Of a DNA stretch of 64,000 nt, positions 11,662-25,500 are shown in pieces. A program made the translations under genes and the position numbers. Numbering within the stretch: position 1 is the stretch's first letter; the number at the start of each line of letters is the position of its first letter. Under the pieces are notes generated by a model that was not told the DNA's origin, searched no databases, and saw nothing but the letters and a program-made list of their open reading frames with translations. The DNA comes from Phaeosaccion multiseriatum (Eukaryota > Protista > Ochrophyta, other classes): assembly GCA_965112735.1 (NCBI GenBank), contig OZ218956.1, forward strand, positions 2,542,001-2,606,000, written 5' to 3'.

Positions 11662-12208
11662 CCTTAGAGTCTGTTCCCTTCTATCACGCCCTGTTTATTA
11701 TTTTATATGTTGCAAGGGATTTATCAAATTGGGTTTAGTAAACATGCTTCTAAATTTTTCGGTTACAATTTTCGTGAAGGAATCGCTGAAAGGGCTTTTG
11801 ATCGGCTTTTCGTACACATGAGCCCCCCCTAACTTCAGGCTCTCTCCTCTGCATTTGTTTCCTCCTTGGAGGAGCTTCTCGGCAGGCAGAGGGGCTGCGA
11901 CACCGACACACGCAAGCTTCGTCAAGTGTTCAGGAATCAGAGAGCGAAGAACCTCGACTCAGTGGTGTCACCGCCGCTCCACGAGTGCGCCCACGAGGTG
12001 GATAGACACGCATGGCCGTCGCCCACTGCCGTTGGAGGCCCTGAAGGTTGGCGCTTACTGGTGAGTGCCACAAGTGCCCAACAAGGCTGAAGGTAGCACA
12101 CACAAGGCACATCCTTACTTTCTTTCTCCCTTTCTCTTACGTTGGAATTCCGTCTCCCTCCCCTCAGACTCAGACGACGCCGTGCTGCTACGCAGAGCCG
12201 GCCGAGAA

Positions 12209-13769
12209 ATGGTACAGGCCGTGAGCGTCGCGGTTGTGGTGTTGTACCTTGTCGTCGCGATGGCCATAGTTCCGAAGTGCTGGCAGCTTTGGCGAAGGAG
12301 GAACTGCCACCTTATCCGCGCTCGCTACCCCGGCCTCGTTTTGCTGTCTGCAACGGGTTCCATGGTTTTAGTGCTCTTCGTCATTATCGAGTTCGTATGC
12401 AGGACCGAGGAGTGGCAGTTCTCGTGTGACATTGTGATCTTCTGCTCGTTCCTGGGCATCCCCTGGTGTGGTGAGTGGCGCCGTGCAGCTCTTCGTCTCG
12501 CCTGCTGCCCGTTACAAGATAGCCTCACCCCGCATTCTGCCCACGCTTGACCACACAATATTTCCTCCCCTTTCTATTGCGCCTGCCTGTTACAACCTCC
12601 CCCCCCCCCCCCCTTCCTTTCCCCTCAACACCCTTCTGCCTGCTCCTCTTCCCCTTCCCTCCCCTCCCCTCTCAGCTTTACCCTTTCTCTTGCGTGGATT
12701 GAAGATGGTGGTTGCGACAAGCGAAATGCAAACTCGTACTAAGTACGCCTTCGTCCTCAGTCCTTTCTGGGCCTGGTCTCAGATAGCCCGCAGCGTTGTG
12801 CTGAATGTGGTGCTGGCCACGTTGGTGGCGTGGTTCAAACCCTTCCAGTCTGGGAGTGACTACTACTGCTACGCCATGCAGCCTTGGCAGCTCCAAGTCG
12901 GGCCCATGGCCATACTCATCTGCCTTGGATTGTCCTGGGGTCGCATCATAGTCGCCGCCAACGATCTCTTGCGCATAGGGGAGGAGCTCGCCACCGTAAC
13001 ATTGTCCTTTCTCTTGCACTTAATTGTCTACTTTGTCCTCCTTGGGGCAAGCGAGGCGACAAAAGAAGACTCGTGGTGGCACGTGTCACCATCCCTCAAC
13101 TTCATTCACGCTTTCCAGATGACGAGCACTTCGATCGCTTCGCTGTATTGGTGGGGAGACCTCCGTTGGGTGCGCGATCCCGTGGCCAGGAAGGCCCACT
13201 TGAAAGTGCGAACAAGACGACGGACTAGCACCAACAATCAGACGCGGAGTGTGGTGCCGGTGGAAAGTATTCGGTGCGGGTCGGCAGTGGACGAGGGGAT
13301 TGGTCGGGACGTGGTTGCCATCATGGCGCATCCCGTCTTGGACAGGCTGTTTTACGACTACCTCCGCCGAGCCCTCTGTCTCGAGAGCCACGACTTTCTT
13401 CGATCTGTGGAGGATTATGACGCTCTCATGCGGCGCGGTGAGCAGCAGAGGACGGAGGAGGGGGGGGGGCTAGAAGAAGAAGAAGGAGGAGGAGGAGGAG
13501 GAGGAGGAGGAGGAGGAGGAGGAGGAGGAGGAGGAGGAGGAGGAGGAGGACAGGCACCAGCGCATGCCACGCAGCAGGGGAACGAAGGCAAAGCGGGGGC
13601 AGCTCCCGCCACACTCCTTGAGCAGGCCTACGAGTGCTACATTGCCATCTGCCGCACGTACATTGAGCAGTACTCGGACATGGAGGTGAACATCGACAGC
13701 AAGATGCGCTCCAAGGCGCTGCGCCTCATGGACAAGGACGTCTTCATGAGCGCCGATCAGGTGCGTTCC

Positions 13770-13803
<34 letters not shown>

Positions 13804-14216
13804 TGTTGCTTGCTTGTCCCTCGCTTGCCCCAGTCCTTGCCTGTCTGCAATACCATGACATGCCTCTGCACTCTGCCTCTCTCTTGCTTGTCGCACGTGC
13901 CTGCATCTGACTTGCTTGGCCCCCGCCGCCTCACTCCTCACTCCAGGACAAGGCTCGGCCCACTGTGCTCCACCCCGCTGCTGCCGAGGTGCGGCACACA
14001 CTGCAGGACAATTTTGTGACAAAGTTCCGGGCGAGCAAGGAGTACCTACAGGCCATTGAGGCGGGGGCGGCACCACAAGCAGCGGAGCAAGCCAACGAAG
14101 CTGATGACGGTGAACAGACTTTTGGAGCGACACTGGGGGAAGAGACGATGAAAGAGCACGACGCGCTTGACGATTTCAATCGCGCGCAGCGCAGTCTACA
14201 AGTGCCGACAACATAG
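12209..14216 (+). CDS. 7-transmembrane RGS-domain protein (AtRGS1-like architecture)
   Basis: Exons 12209-12470, 12676-13760, 13947-14216 in frame. Seven hydrophobic segments with IRARYP after TM1 and DLLRIGEEL before TM6. RGS box: LFYDYLRRALCLESHDFL...YIEQYSDMEVNID...EVRHTLQDNFVTKFRASKEY. Confidence 0.85.
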
Positions 14217-15184
14217 GATGCCATCCTTCAGATGACGGGGAACTTCAGCGCTCCCTTCTTTCTCTTTGGTAGGCCGGGGAGTAGCTAGCAGGGGCTGGCA
14301 ACGGAGGGGTGGCATAGAACTCGAATACAGAGCACAGCACACGGCAGCGGGCAGCAGTACAATGCTAGCGATGGTAGCAGCAGAGAGGGCTGTGCTGAAT
14401 AGACGCGGGGGACGACGCGAGGAACCAAACTGATTTTACGGAAGTCGTTTCTTGACTTCAGTCTTCATGTGCCCTCCCATTGGTACTTCAGAGAAGATTT
14501 CACAGGGGGAGACGAGACGCCTGGAAGGGACACACATACAGAGAGAGATAGCGAGAGAGAGAGGCACAAGAATAAAAAGAGGTGTATGTCTCCCTCATTC
14601 AATACGTACGTATAGGCTCGGCTGCTGCTGTTGCTGCTGCTACGGCTTCCGCCTGCTCCTCCTTCTCCTCCTCCTCCTCCTCCTCCTCCTCCTCCTCCTC
14701 TTCCCCGACATCCTCTGCAGCCGGCTAAACAGGGGGCTGAGAGCTACCTGCCTGCTCTCTCTCCCTCCTCCCCCCCCCCTTCCTCCCAGAAAGAAAGCAC
14801 TATGCTTTCCCTTCCCCCCCGCTCACTTGACTTGGAAACTCCTGCACTCCATTCCGTCGCCGTTCTGTCCGTCATAACTGCGCCTTTCTCTGCCATCAAT
14901 GCGGGCGAGAAGGAAGGAGGGGAAGAAGGCTCCTCCTCCCCGACCACACCCACCCCCCCCATCCTCCCCCCTCCCCTTTGTCCTGTGCATCTCCCTTCCT
15001 GCCTCCCCTCCCATCCCCAAAATAAGAGTCTCCCCTCCCTCCACTCGTCCCTATTCTCTCCTCTCGAGCGTAATGAAAGGTCTCTTACGGGCGAGTGAGG
15101 CAGGCAGACCGGCATATATGCACATCTAGCCAGGCAAGCACATGGGCAGGCAGGCATATGGGCAGGCGGGTTGAATGAAGCCGC

Positions 15185-17839
15185 TCAGAGCTTGACCCTT
15201 GCGACCTGTCCGATGATGTTGTCACAATGCTTGATCTGTTTGAGGAAGTAGTTGTCGAAGCGCTGCTCTTTGGCTGCCTCGTCGATGTTGATGTGGTCCT
15301 AGGGGGGGGGGGGGGTTGAGGAGGGGAAGGAGAAGAAGAAGAAGAAGAAGAAGAAGGAGGAGGAGGAGGAGGAGGAGGAGGAGGAGGAGGAGGAGGAGGA
15401 GGAGGAGGAGGAGGAGGAGAAGAGGGTTAGGACATAGGGAGAACAAGGGGGGGCGGTCTCTCTTGTCTGTTTGCCTGCCTCCCTCTTCTCCCCTCCATTC
15501 CATTCCCACCCACCCACTCACCCACTCACTCGATCACCCCCTCACTCACTCACACCCTACTCACTCAATAACACTCCCTCACGGACTCAAAACCCCCTCC
15601 CTCACTCATCACTCACTCCCTCTCTCCCTTCCTCCCTCTCTGACTCACCCCTTCGACGTAGAAGTTGAAGTCAACGGCAAGCCTTGGCTTTCCTTCTAAG
15701 GGCCCCACGTCACTGGCCACACCCCACTCTGTCTGTAGCATCTTGCTCTTGAAGGAGGTCAGCTGAAAGGGGCGGGAAGACAGCACACGGGAATAGACAC
15801 CGGGGGGGAGGGAGGGGAGGAGGAAAGGGGGCGGGGGGGGGGATATAGATGAGACAACATCACATCATAAGGAAGGGAAGGGACGGCGGGAGGGAGAGAG
15901 AGAGAGAGAGAGGGAGGGAGGGAGGGAGGGAGGGAGGGAGGGAGGGAGGGAGGGAGGGAAGGGAGGGTAACATGACGGAACCGGTACGTACCATCTGCCT
16001 GAACTGGTCGTCCGTTAGGCCGTTGAAGCGGGCCATCTTGTCCATGCTGATGGTGGTGTAGAGCTTGAGGTAGGAGCGCACCTGAGGGAACTGGATCTGC
16101 TGCTGCAGCTCCTTTTTGAATAGATTCACCTGGGGATTCCGATAGAGGGGGTTTAGGGGAAGTAGTGGGGGGAGGGAGGGAGGGAGGGAGGGAGGGACGG
16201 AGGGAGGGAGGGGAAGGGGGGTGATGTGAGAATGCAGATGGTCACATACAAAGGCATTTTGGTGTGCTGCGGTGCTGGTGGAGACAGAATGAACAGACAC
16301 ACCTCGCAAGACCCTCAAGGACCCCATGTGCCGCTGAAAGGCCAAAATATGATCGTGAATGATGGCGCAATAACAATATGCCCCTAAATGTGACATTTTA
16401 TCGTCTTATCCCACCTGTCTGTCCACAACGACGTTGGCGGTGGACGACCCCGAAGGATAGTCGGGAATCGCCGATACGATGGTCTTGGGAGCCGCCCATC
16501 GGAACAGGTCGGCAAGGGCTGGAAGAGAGAGAAGGAGGGAAGGGGGAGGAGGAAGGGAGGGAGGGAGGGAGGGAGAGGGAGAAGAGAGGGAGGGCGACCA
16601 AAGGGAGGGTTGGTAGGTGACGGGACAGAGAGTCAGTACACTGCGAGTGTGCTTATGTGTGCTTGTGTGTGTGTGTGTGTGTGTGTGAATGTCGTTGGTT
16701 GGGTGTCGATGGTTGGGCATCCATGCAATCCGTCCATGGCCTCAGGCTCGGTCTCACTCACCTTGTACCTCCCCCCTCAGGGTGCGCTCAATGGCGTCTC
16801 TGTGCTTGTCCTTCATGGTTTGGTTCACCTGCACGCACACACGTACGCACGCACGCACGCACGCACACACAGACCAGACGACGGGGGAGAGGAGGGTGGG
16901 AGGGAGTGAGTGAGTGAGTGAGGGAGGGAGGGAGGGAGGGACAAGGAGAAGAGGGGAGAGCCAGACGGGGATATAACGTAAAGTGCGTGAGAAAGAGAGC
17001 CGAACAGGGCCGTGTGGGCCCCCTTCACCTCCATCAACTGCCGTCGCCTCACACATCCACTGCCCTTCCCCTGACCCAATCCACTGCCATCCCCCTCCTT
17101 GCTTACTTGGTCGTCGATGCGCATGCCCGGGCCGAGCAAGTTGCTGATGGTGAGCAGCGCGAGGAGCTTGTCCGCGTACTTGGACACCTGAGCGATGATC
17201 CATATATAAAGGCAGAAGACAGAGTAGAGACAAAAGAAGAGAGAAGGGGTCCATGGAGGAGAGGGGAAGAGTTCGTTTGGTCCCAATTGAGCGTTTAGCA
17301 CCCGAAGTAGGGGCGAGTAAAACAAACCTGGTCAGCGAGGCCGGAGCGCTGCAGTTGGCCGCTTTTCGAAACTCGCATCACATGCACGAGCATCTAAAGA
17401 GACAGACAGAGAGATATATACAAGCAGAGGTGCAACGAAGCAGCGGGACGCACGCACCCACACATCAATGCAACACATATACACACGTAGACAGGAAGCA
17501 GGGGGGAGGGGGGGGCGGGATGGAGGGGGGCAGGGAGTCATTCGTCAATGGAAATACAAGGAAAAGGGAACAGAATGAGAAACATACTGAAGTCATAGGC
17601 TGCTCCAACTTCCCCCACCCCCGTCTTCCCTCCCTCTCTTTAATCTCCCCCTCTGCTCCCACTGCTACTGCTGCTTGCTTGACCTACACACCCACCCACC
17701 CCCCCCCCCCCAAGCTGCCTCACCTGATTGAACACCTTTGTGGCGTCCCTGTACCTGCGGAGCATGAGGAAGGAGTGCCCCATGTGCATGTACGTAGAGA
17801 TGTGCGACATGATGTTGGATGCAAACAGCCCCGACTGGT

Positions 17840-17893
<54 letters not shown>

Positions 17894-19994
17894 GAGGAGG
17901 AGGAGGAGGAGGAGGAGGGACGAGGAGGGCGTGAGAGTGAGTGAGGGAGTGAGTGAGTGGGCGCGTGAATGAGTGAGTGAGTGAGTGAGTGAGAGTGAGT
18001 CGCACACACCCACACACCCCACAGCCCACCGCCCCCTTTGTGCTTTCATCCTCCTCCGCCGTTTGACACACATCACTACAAATAAAAGGAAACTCAATCA
18101 ATCACCTTATCAGCGAGGTCGATGGGCTCCAGCACGCCAAGGCAGTCGTAGTAGTCACCAAGCAGGCACTGCAGGCGAGACATACCAATGATGGCCATGT
18201 ACCCCATCGTCTGGTGCAGCTGAGAGGGCGGGGAGGGCACAGGAATGCTCTTGTCTGTGGCTTTAGTGGCCTCAAGGATGGGCACAATGTGGCTCACTCT
18301 GTGGTGGTGGGGAGGGGCAGGGGGCAGGGGATGGGTGGGAAGGGGGGAGGGGTGGGAAATGGGAGGGGTGGGGTGGGGTGGGGTGGGGTGGGGAACGACG
18401 ACTGGGTCCTGCACCCACACAAGGAGCAGACCACAGAAATGAGCACGCGCGTTATCTGTGTGCGTGTGTGTGCGTATGCGTACCGAATGAGGCCGTGGAG
18501 GTAGGAGATGACGTTCTGGACGGCCCACACGTCCTGATTGGCAGTGAGCGTGGCCTGCCAAGAGCACGCATACACGTACACACACACACACGGAGAGAGA
18601 GAGAGAGAGAGACAGAGAGAGAGAGAGAGTGAGAGAGAGAGTGAGACAGAGAGACACATAATAGGTGTGACGTGCGAGACAGACAGAAGGAGAGAGAGAC
18701 TGAGCAAGAGAGGGGCGGACAGAGAGACTGGGAACAAGAGCAATAGGGACATTGCTTGAGGAAGAAAGAGAGAGAAGGGGGGGTAGGGAAGAGGAAGAGG
18801 AGGAAGAGGAGGAGGGGGAGGAGGAGGAGGGCGTCGCTCCTTCACTGACTTACGATCTCGTCCGGGGTGCGCTTGTCGAGCTGTGTGCGGTACTGACAAA
18901 AGCCCTGGAACTGGTACACGAACTCGTGGATGATGTCAAACGCCCTTCAGGAGAGAGAGGGAGGGAGGGGAGGCGGGAGGTTAGCGACCTTCAGAGAGGG
19001 AGAGGGAGGGAGTGAGGGGGAGGGAGAGGTTGTCTGTGCGCGTGTGTGTGTAAGTGTGTGTGTAAGTAAGAATGAGAGTAGGCAAAGCAGGCATTCTCCT
19101 CCCATAAAAAAAAAGCTCCCTCTTCCTCCCTCCCTCGCATGACCTCCATCCATCCATCAATCCGCTCCGCCCTTTTGTATGTCCCTTGCCGTGCCGTGCC
19201 GTCCCTCCCGCTCTGACAATGGGCACAATCCACACTAAGGCGTAGCCTCGAATCCCTCTCTACCTCCCTCGCCTCCATCCCTCCTCCACTCCCTCGCTCG
19301 CTCGCCTCCATCCCCTCCCCTCTCGCTCCCTCCCTCGCCTGCCTCCCTTGATTAGCTCCCTCACTCACTGAAGGCACACCCTCCCTCCCTCCCTCCCTCA
19401 CCATTGAGGCGAAATGACCATGTCGGTATCTCTGCAGTCGAGTAGTGTGTCAAAGAGCTTGCAATAGTTGGTCCACGCAAGGTGCTTGTCCTCCAGTGTC
19501 ACGCCCTTGGGCAGCACAGACATGGCGTGCCGAGCTCGCATCTCGGAGTAGAAACACAAGAACACCTCATCGTTGTCGCACTGGTCGGCAATAATGGCGG
19601 GCAGCGGCCAAGGCGAGCTCTTAAAGTACGCCTCGCTGAGCTTCTTGCCCGTGTCAGCGTAGAGCACCTCGAGCTCATCCACGCGCTGACTCCTCCGCAT
19701 GGAGTCGTGCAAGTCGAACACAAAGTCTTTCACGCTGTCAGGGAGAAGAAAATTTTCGCTATTCGAGGCTGCATTTCCTCCCGCCCCCCCGCCGCCGCCC
19801 TGCCCGCCCATATCCTGCCCGCCCCCCATTCGTCCTCCTCCTTGCTGCGGTTGGCTGTCGTACCCGCTGTTGTCGTACCCTCCGCCCCCACCTCCTCCTC
19901 CGTAGCCGCCGGTATAGTCGTCATATCCGCCTGCGTCCTCGTACCCTCCCCCTCCTCCTCCTCCTCCCCCGCCGTAGTCCTGATAGCCAGACAT
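15185..19994 (-). CDS. EIF3L: Eukaryotic translation initiation factor 3 subunit L
   Basis: 12 in-frame GT-AG exons. Family motifs include KLSEAYFKSSPWP, PQWAFDIIHEFVYQFQGFCQYR, GYMAIIGMSRLQCLLGDY and VRSYLKLYTTI. Confidence 0.95.
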
Positions 19995-20553
19995 CTGTTC
20001 AAAGCACACATTGCGTTGATTGTTTGGGAAAGCAGAGAAGACAGACAGACAGACAGAGAGAGAGAAAGAGAGGCAGCCGGAGAAGAAAGGGACGAAGGGG
20101 AGGTGTTAAAAGGCCCACCCACTGCTGCTCCTGCAAAACGAGGTGAAAAGCCTCGGCCTTGCCATCTAAGTACCCGACAGGTGTATATGTGCGCAGAGAG
20201 CTCTATTTAGCCCTTCTACATAAAGGTTCGATCCGCCTGCTCCTGCTCCTGCTCCTCCATTTGAAGTGCTGCTGTTGCTACTCGTCCTTTTTTTTCTGTC
20301 CCCCTCTTCTCTCTTGTGGCTGCGGCCGCCGTGGCGGTTGCCACAGATGACCCGTTCCCTCCTGCGCTCGTATACAAGTAAACCGAAACCACATCAATCC
20401 CACGCACCGTCAGTCCTTCTGGCACCCTATTGCTGCCTACTCGTTCGTCTCTTGACCCCCCCTCCCCACCCCAAATCCTGGCCACAAGCTGAAACTCACA
20501 CTTTTTAACCCATATGCTGTTTTTTTTTTTCTCTTTTCCTTCTCATTCACCGC

Positions 20554-22363
20554 CTATTCTACTCGGAAAATGAGAACGCCCTCGTCGCTGTCCTGCACCG
20601 TGGCGGGAAGTCCGAGCTCTTCGTTGAGGTAAGCGAGCCACGCAGATCTGAGCAGGCTGACGCCGTCCTCGCTGCCTCGGTAGGTGTTGATATTGATTGC
20701 GCCCTTTTTCTTCTCCACTTGGACAGCGTAGCGAAGGGCAGCCTTGCCGGTCCATTCCGAGAGGCCCCGAAACTCCAAAACCTTGCCTTCATTACCCTTC
20801 CCCCAATGCGACAAGACTCCCTGCGCGATGGCCTCTGCGTACAAGGCGTCAGCCGAGCTCCATTGCTCGTGCACCGACAGGACGTCCACAACAGCCCTGT
20901 ACGTCACTTTAAAAATCTGATTGCCTGCTGCGCGCACCTCCTTGAGCAAGTCAAGCGCCTTCTCGTGCTGCCCTGCATTGCAACACGCTCGTATCACAGA
21001 GTTGTACGTGATTTCAGTGGGCTGGGGCCCTTCCTTCTGCATCACCTTGAGCAAGGCCAGCGCTTTTTCGTAGTTTCCTGCCTCGTCACAAGCCGTCATT
21101 GCAACTTTGTACGTGATGGCCTGTGGCTTGAGCCCTGCGCTGCACATCTCCTCCAGCAAGTCAAGTGCCTTCTCGTCCTCTCCTGTCTTGCAATACGCAC
21201 GAATCGCAAAGTCGTATGTGGCGCTATCGGGCCTGAGGCCTCGTGACCGCATCTCCTTGAGCAAGTCAAGCACCTTCTCGCGCTGCTCTGCCTTGCGACA
21301 AGCACGACATAATGTACGAGAACTTTTGGGGTTGAGGACCGTCCCTGCGCATCTCCTCCATCAAGTCCAGCGCCTTCTCGTACTGCCCTGCCTTGGCACA
21401 AGCAGTGAGCACAGAATTGCACGTGGTCGCTTGTGGCTGAAGCCCTTCCTCTCGCATCTCCTTGAGCAAGTCCAGCGCTTTCTCGTACTGCCCTACCTTG
21501 GCACAAGCAAGAATCACAGCCCTGTAGGCGACGTTATTGGGCTTGAGGCCTTTCTCTCGCATGTCTTTCAGCAAGTCAAGCACCTTCTCGTGCTGCCCTG
21601 CTTTGCCTAAAGCACTCATCGCAGAAATGTACGAGTATTCGTTGGGCTTGAGGCCTTCTTCTCGCATCTCCTTCAGCAAGTCAAGCACCTTCTCGCACTT
21701 CCCTGCCCTGCCACAAGCCGCAATTGCAGGGGCGTACGAGTTCTCAGTGGGTTGAAGCCCTTCTCCCCGCATCTCCTTCAGCAAGTCAAGCGCCTTCTCG
21801 TACTGCTCTGCCTTGCTGCACGCAGTAATCGCAGCGGTGTATGTGATGGAATCAGGCTTCAGTCCCTTTGCCCGCATCTCCTTGAACAAATCAAGCGCCT
21901 TCTCGAGCTGCCCTGCCCTGCCACAAGCCGTAATTGCACAGCTGAATGTGGTGACATTGGGCTCAATTCCTTCTCCCCGCATCTCCTTCAGCAAGGCAAG
22001 CACATTTCCGTGCTGCCCTGCCTTTCCACAAGCAATAATCGCAGAGTTGTATCCGTTGAGTGTTTTCGGCGTCTCTTTCACCAAGTCAAAACCCTTGTCG
22101 TGCGTTTCTGATCCTCCCCCTCCCTCGTTATCCACGGCTCCGAGGAGACGCAGCGAGGGAATCGCCGATCGCCGCTCAACAGGGGCCGCTCTAGCACCTA
22201 CTGTGTAGGACTTCTGCCTTCTTGATTCTGAAGGAGGGTGCGCAGGTGAGACCCATGGTCCCCACGAGCTTGTGAAAGGAGGAACAGCAGCACCATATCC
22301 ACCACCAGTATGACGTCCTCCTACTGGGGAAATGAAGCCCGCTACTGCAATGTCACCCGTCAT
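20554..22363 (-). pseudogene. P-class pentatricopeptide repeat protein with SMR-like C-terminus, interrupted by a frameshift near 21305 (pseudogene or assembly error)
   Basis: About 12 tandem 35-aa PPR units (YxxAIxACGKAGQxEKALDLLKEMRxxGLxP). The two ORFs 21266-22363 and 20554-21273 overlap out of frame. C-terminal VLEFRGLSEWTGKAALR resembles the SMR LDLHG region. Confidence 0.8.
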
Positions 22364-22543
22364 TTTATGTTTGTTTGTTTTTTGTTTGGTGTTTCTGTGT
22401 GTTTTTGTTTAGCTACGTACGTTGCTCCTCCACCAAACTCACAGTTGGCGCCCAAGGCATCTCTTTCCTTTTTTTTTCCGGATGCGCCACGATCGAAGAG
22501 GGGGGCCAACGGGACCCCAAAGATCAAAGCTTGAGTCAGCAGT

Positions 22544-25500
22544 ATGCAGCGATGGGTGGCGGCATCTGCCTCTGCAAGCCGGTTAGTTATGTCCGAAGAC
22601 CTGTCGGGATTCGACAACCATTTGCGGAACGGCAACGACGATTCCCACCAAGGGACGAGCACTGGATCGATGAGCAGCAGTAGCAGCAGCTGGACCAGCG
22701 TGAGCAGCGGTCGACAAACGAGATGGCTCTTGGGCGTGGGATACTCAGGTAAATCACACCGAACCCTTTGTCCCTTGGAAGAGCACAGTTTAAAATGCCC
22801 CCCCTCTTTCTCCTTGACCTCACGGCTGTCCATCCTTCTCCTGGTTCCTGTCTCCTTCGGACTTGACTCCTCCCCCCCGTAGAGCACGAGGACGAGGCGT
22901 ACCGGCTTCATCTCTCTTCGCTCCTGTGGTGTAGTTACCGCAGCAACTTTGCACCGATGGCCCCCTACGGGTACACGGACGACACAGGGTGGGGGTGCAT
23001 GCTCCGGGCCGCGCAAATGCTTATTGGGGAGGCATTGCTCAGGCACTACCTGGGAGGCAAGGGCGAGGGACGAGGAAGGGGTGGCGACAGGAGGGAGGGG
23101 GGAAGGCGTAGAAGCGGTGCGGAGAGAGGAGGCGGCGACAGTAGGTGGAGACTGCCTGTTGGGCTGCAGGAGCGCCGGGCTAAGCGCAGATACGTCCAAA
23201 TCCTGACGTGGCTGGCTGACCTACCGGGACTGCGGCATCGCTTTTCGATACACGCAATGTGCCAGGTGAGGTGACAAGAGGAAAGAGCTTGCCTCTTTTG
23301 AACAAACCCATCCCGAATCCCACCTCCTTCTCGTCTCGTCGTCGTCTTTCCCTCATTTCCTGGCTGCTCATACTCGCCCCCTTCTCAGCCCCGAGTGTCA
23401 CATCAGCTTGTGCTCCAACCTTTTGCCCTGAGAAAGCCCCAAACAAGCAAACAAAGACAACCTTTCCAAATATATCGTGAACAACCGTGAAACAACCGCC
23501 TATCCAAGCAGACTACCCACAACAACCCACAACCAACAACCTTCTAACAAGACTGCCCCTACACACCACCACCACTACTACTACCACTACGACTACCACC
23601 ACCTAACCATGTAGCGTGCTGCTCGATTGGATTCATGTTGCTCGATTTGACCGTCTCTATGTTCAGGTGGGTATGAGACACGACAAATTTCCAGGGGAGT
23701 GGTACGGACCTTCAACCGCCTGCCACGTGTTGCAGGAGCTGGCAGAGCTGTTCTGGTGGATGGGAGGGAGGCCTGGACCAGGGGAGGAGGATGAGGAGGG
23801 GGGGGGGGGAGAAGCCAGCGAAGGTGGAGGTGGTGGAGGAGGAGGAGGAGGAGGAGGAGGAGGAGGAGGAGGAGGAGGAGGAGGAAGGGGAATAGGAATA
23901 GGAGGAGGAGGAGGAGGAGGAGGAGGAGGAGGAGGAGTATACGAGAACGTTTCCCAGGACAAGGAGGAAGAGGAGGAGGCAAAGAAAGCTCTTGGGAAGG
24001 ACGAGAGGTATGATGTCTATGGCGTCTTTGAGTTCGACACCTCCGACGACGGCGATGGTGAGGAGAGGGAGGAGGAGGAGGAGGAGGAGGAGGAGGAGGA
24101 GGAGGAGGAAGAGGAGGAGGAAGAGGAGGAGGAAGAGGAGGAGCAGGGTGGGGGGAGAAGGGACGAGGCACGGACCCAGAGCAAGGAGCCAAGGAGAAGG
24201 GGTGGAGGGGGGGGTGGTGCCGCGGGCAAGAGGCAGCAGAGGAGGAAGGGGGGAGGAGGAGGAGGTGGTGGAGGAGGAGGAGGAGGAGGAGGAGGAGGAG
24301 GAGGAGGAGGAGGAGGAGGAGGAGGAGGAGGAGGAGGAGGAGGAGGGTTGCGGGTGCACGTGACACAACGAGACACCATCTACATTGACCAAGTGGATGA
24401 CTTGGGCTGCGGCTTCTGCAAGAAGAGCAGGGAGGGCGTCGATGACAACAAGGGCGCACGTGGGGTCAGGAGGTGGGCGGGTCGGGGCTACAGGAAGAGG
24501 AGGAACAAGAGCGAGACATGCGCAGCAGCAGCAGAATCAGCAGCAGGCGTTGCTGCTACAGCAGCAGCAGAGGAGGAGGAGGTGGGGGTGGCCGGGGCGG
24601 GGGCGTCTATCGAGGGTTGCGAGGACGGGGGTAAGACAAGGGCCACAGGTTCACGCGTTCCCGTTCCGGCACTTTTCGACCCCCTTCTACGGCAGCCCGA
24701 AACGGCATCAAGACTAGCAGCAGCTGCTGCAGCAGCAAGAGGAGGAGTAGATGATGGTGATGGCGACAACAAGCAGTGGACGTGCGCCGTGGTGATTCTC
24801 ATTCCACTGAGGCTCGGGCTTCAGGGACTGAATGAAGCCTACACCCCCGTTTTGCTGCAGTCCTTTCGCTTTCCGCAGTCTCTGGGCATCATCGGGGGCC
24901 GCCCCAATCACGCCATCTTCTTTGCTGGCACCAGGGGCAGCGACACTCTTGTGGGGCTGGACCCACACACCACACAGGCAGCGGCTTCTCACACTGCCAC
25001 TCAAACTGAGGTTGAGGCCGAGATCGAGGCGGAGGCGGAGGGCAGGGGCGGGTGGGGGAGCAGGGGAGGGAGAGAAGTGGGGCACGGAGGAGGGGGAGGA
25101 GGGGTGTGCGCAGCTGCTGCATGTCGAACCGGCGGGGTAGCGGCAGCAGCGGCAGCTGGAAAGGGAAAGGACGGTCTCTTTCCATCAGACGTGAGTGCTC
25201 AGAAGGGGGAGGGGGGCCACCACATTCAGTCATGCACACTCTCGCATGTGTGTTTGTATATTGTATGTATGTATGTGTGTGTGCATGTATGTATGTATGT
25301 ATGTATGTATGTATGTATGTATGTATGTATGCATGTATAGACGTTTCATGCAATGTCTCTCTCTCGCACGCACGCGCACACACACACGTACACACACACA
25401 CACACACACACACACCTGCAGGCGTACCTCCGCTCTGTTCAGTGCGTGCACCCCGTGTCTATGAAGATCAGGGACGTGGACCCGTCCCTCGCCATCGGCT

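Noticed and set aside
22330-22470. Bipartite plastid-targeting signal (VAG-F) for the PPR protein
   Set aside because: No convincing signal peptide could be built upstream, and the first exon is uncertain.
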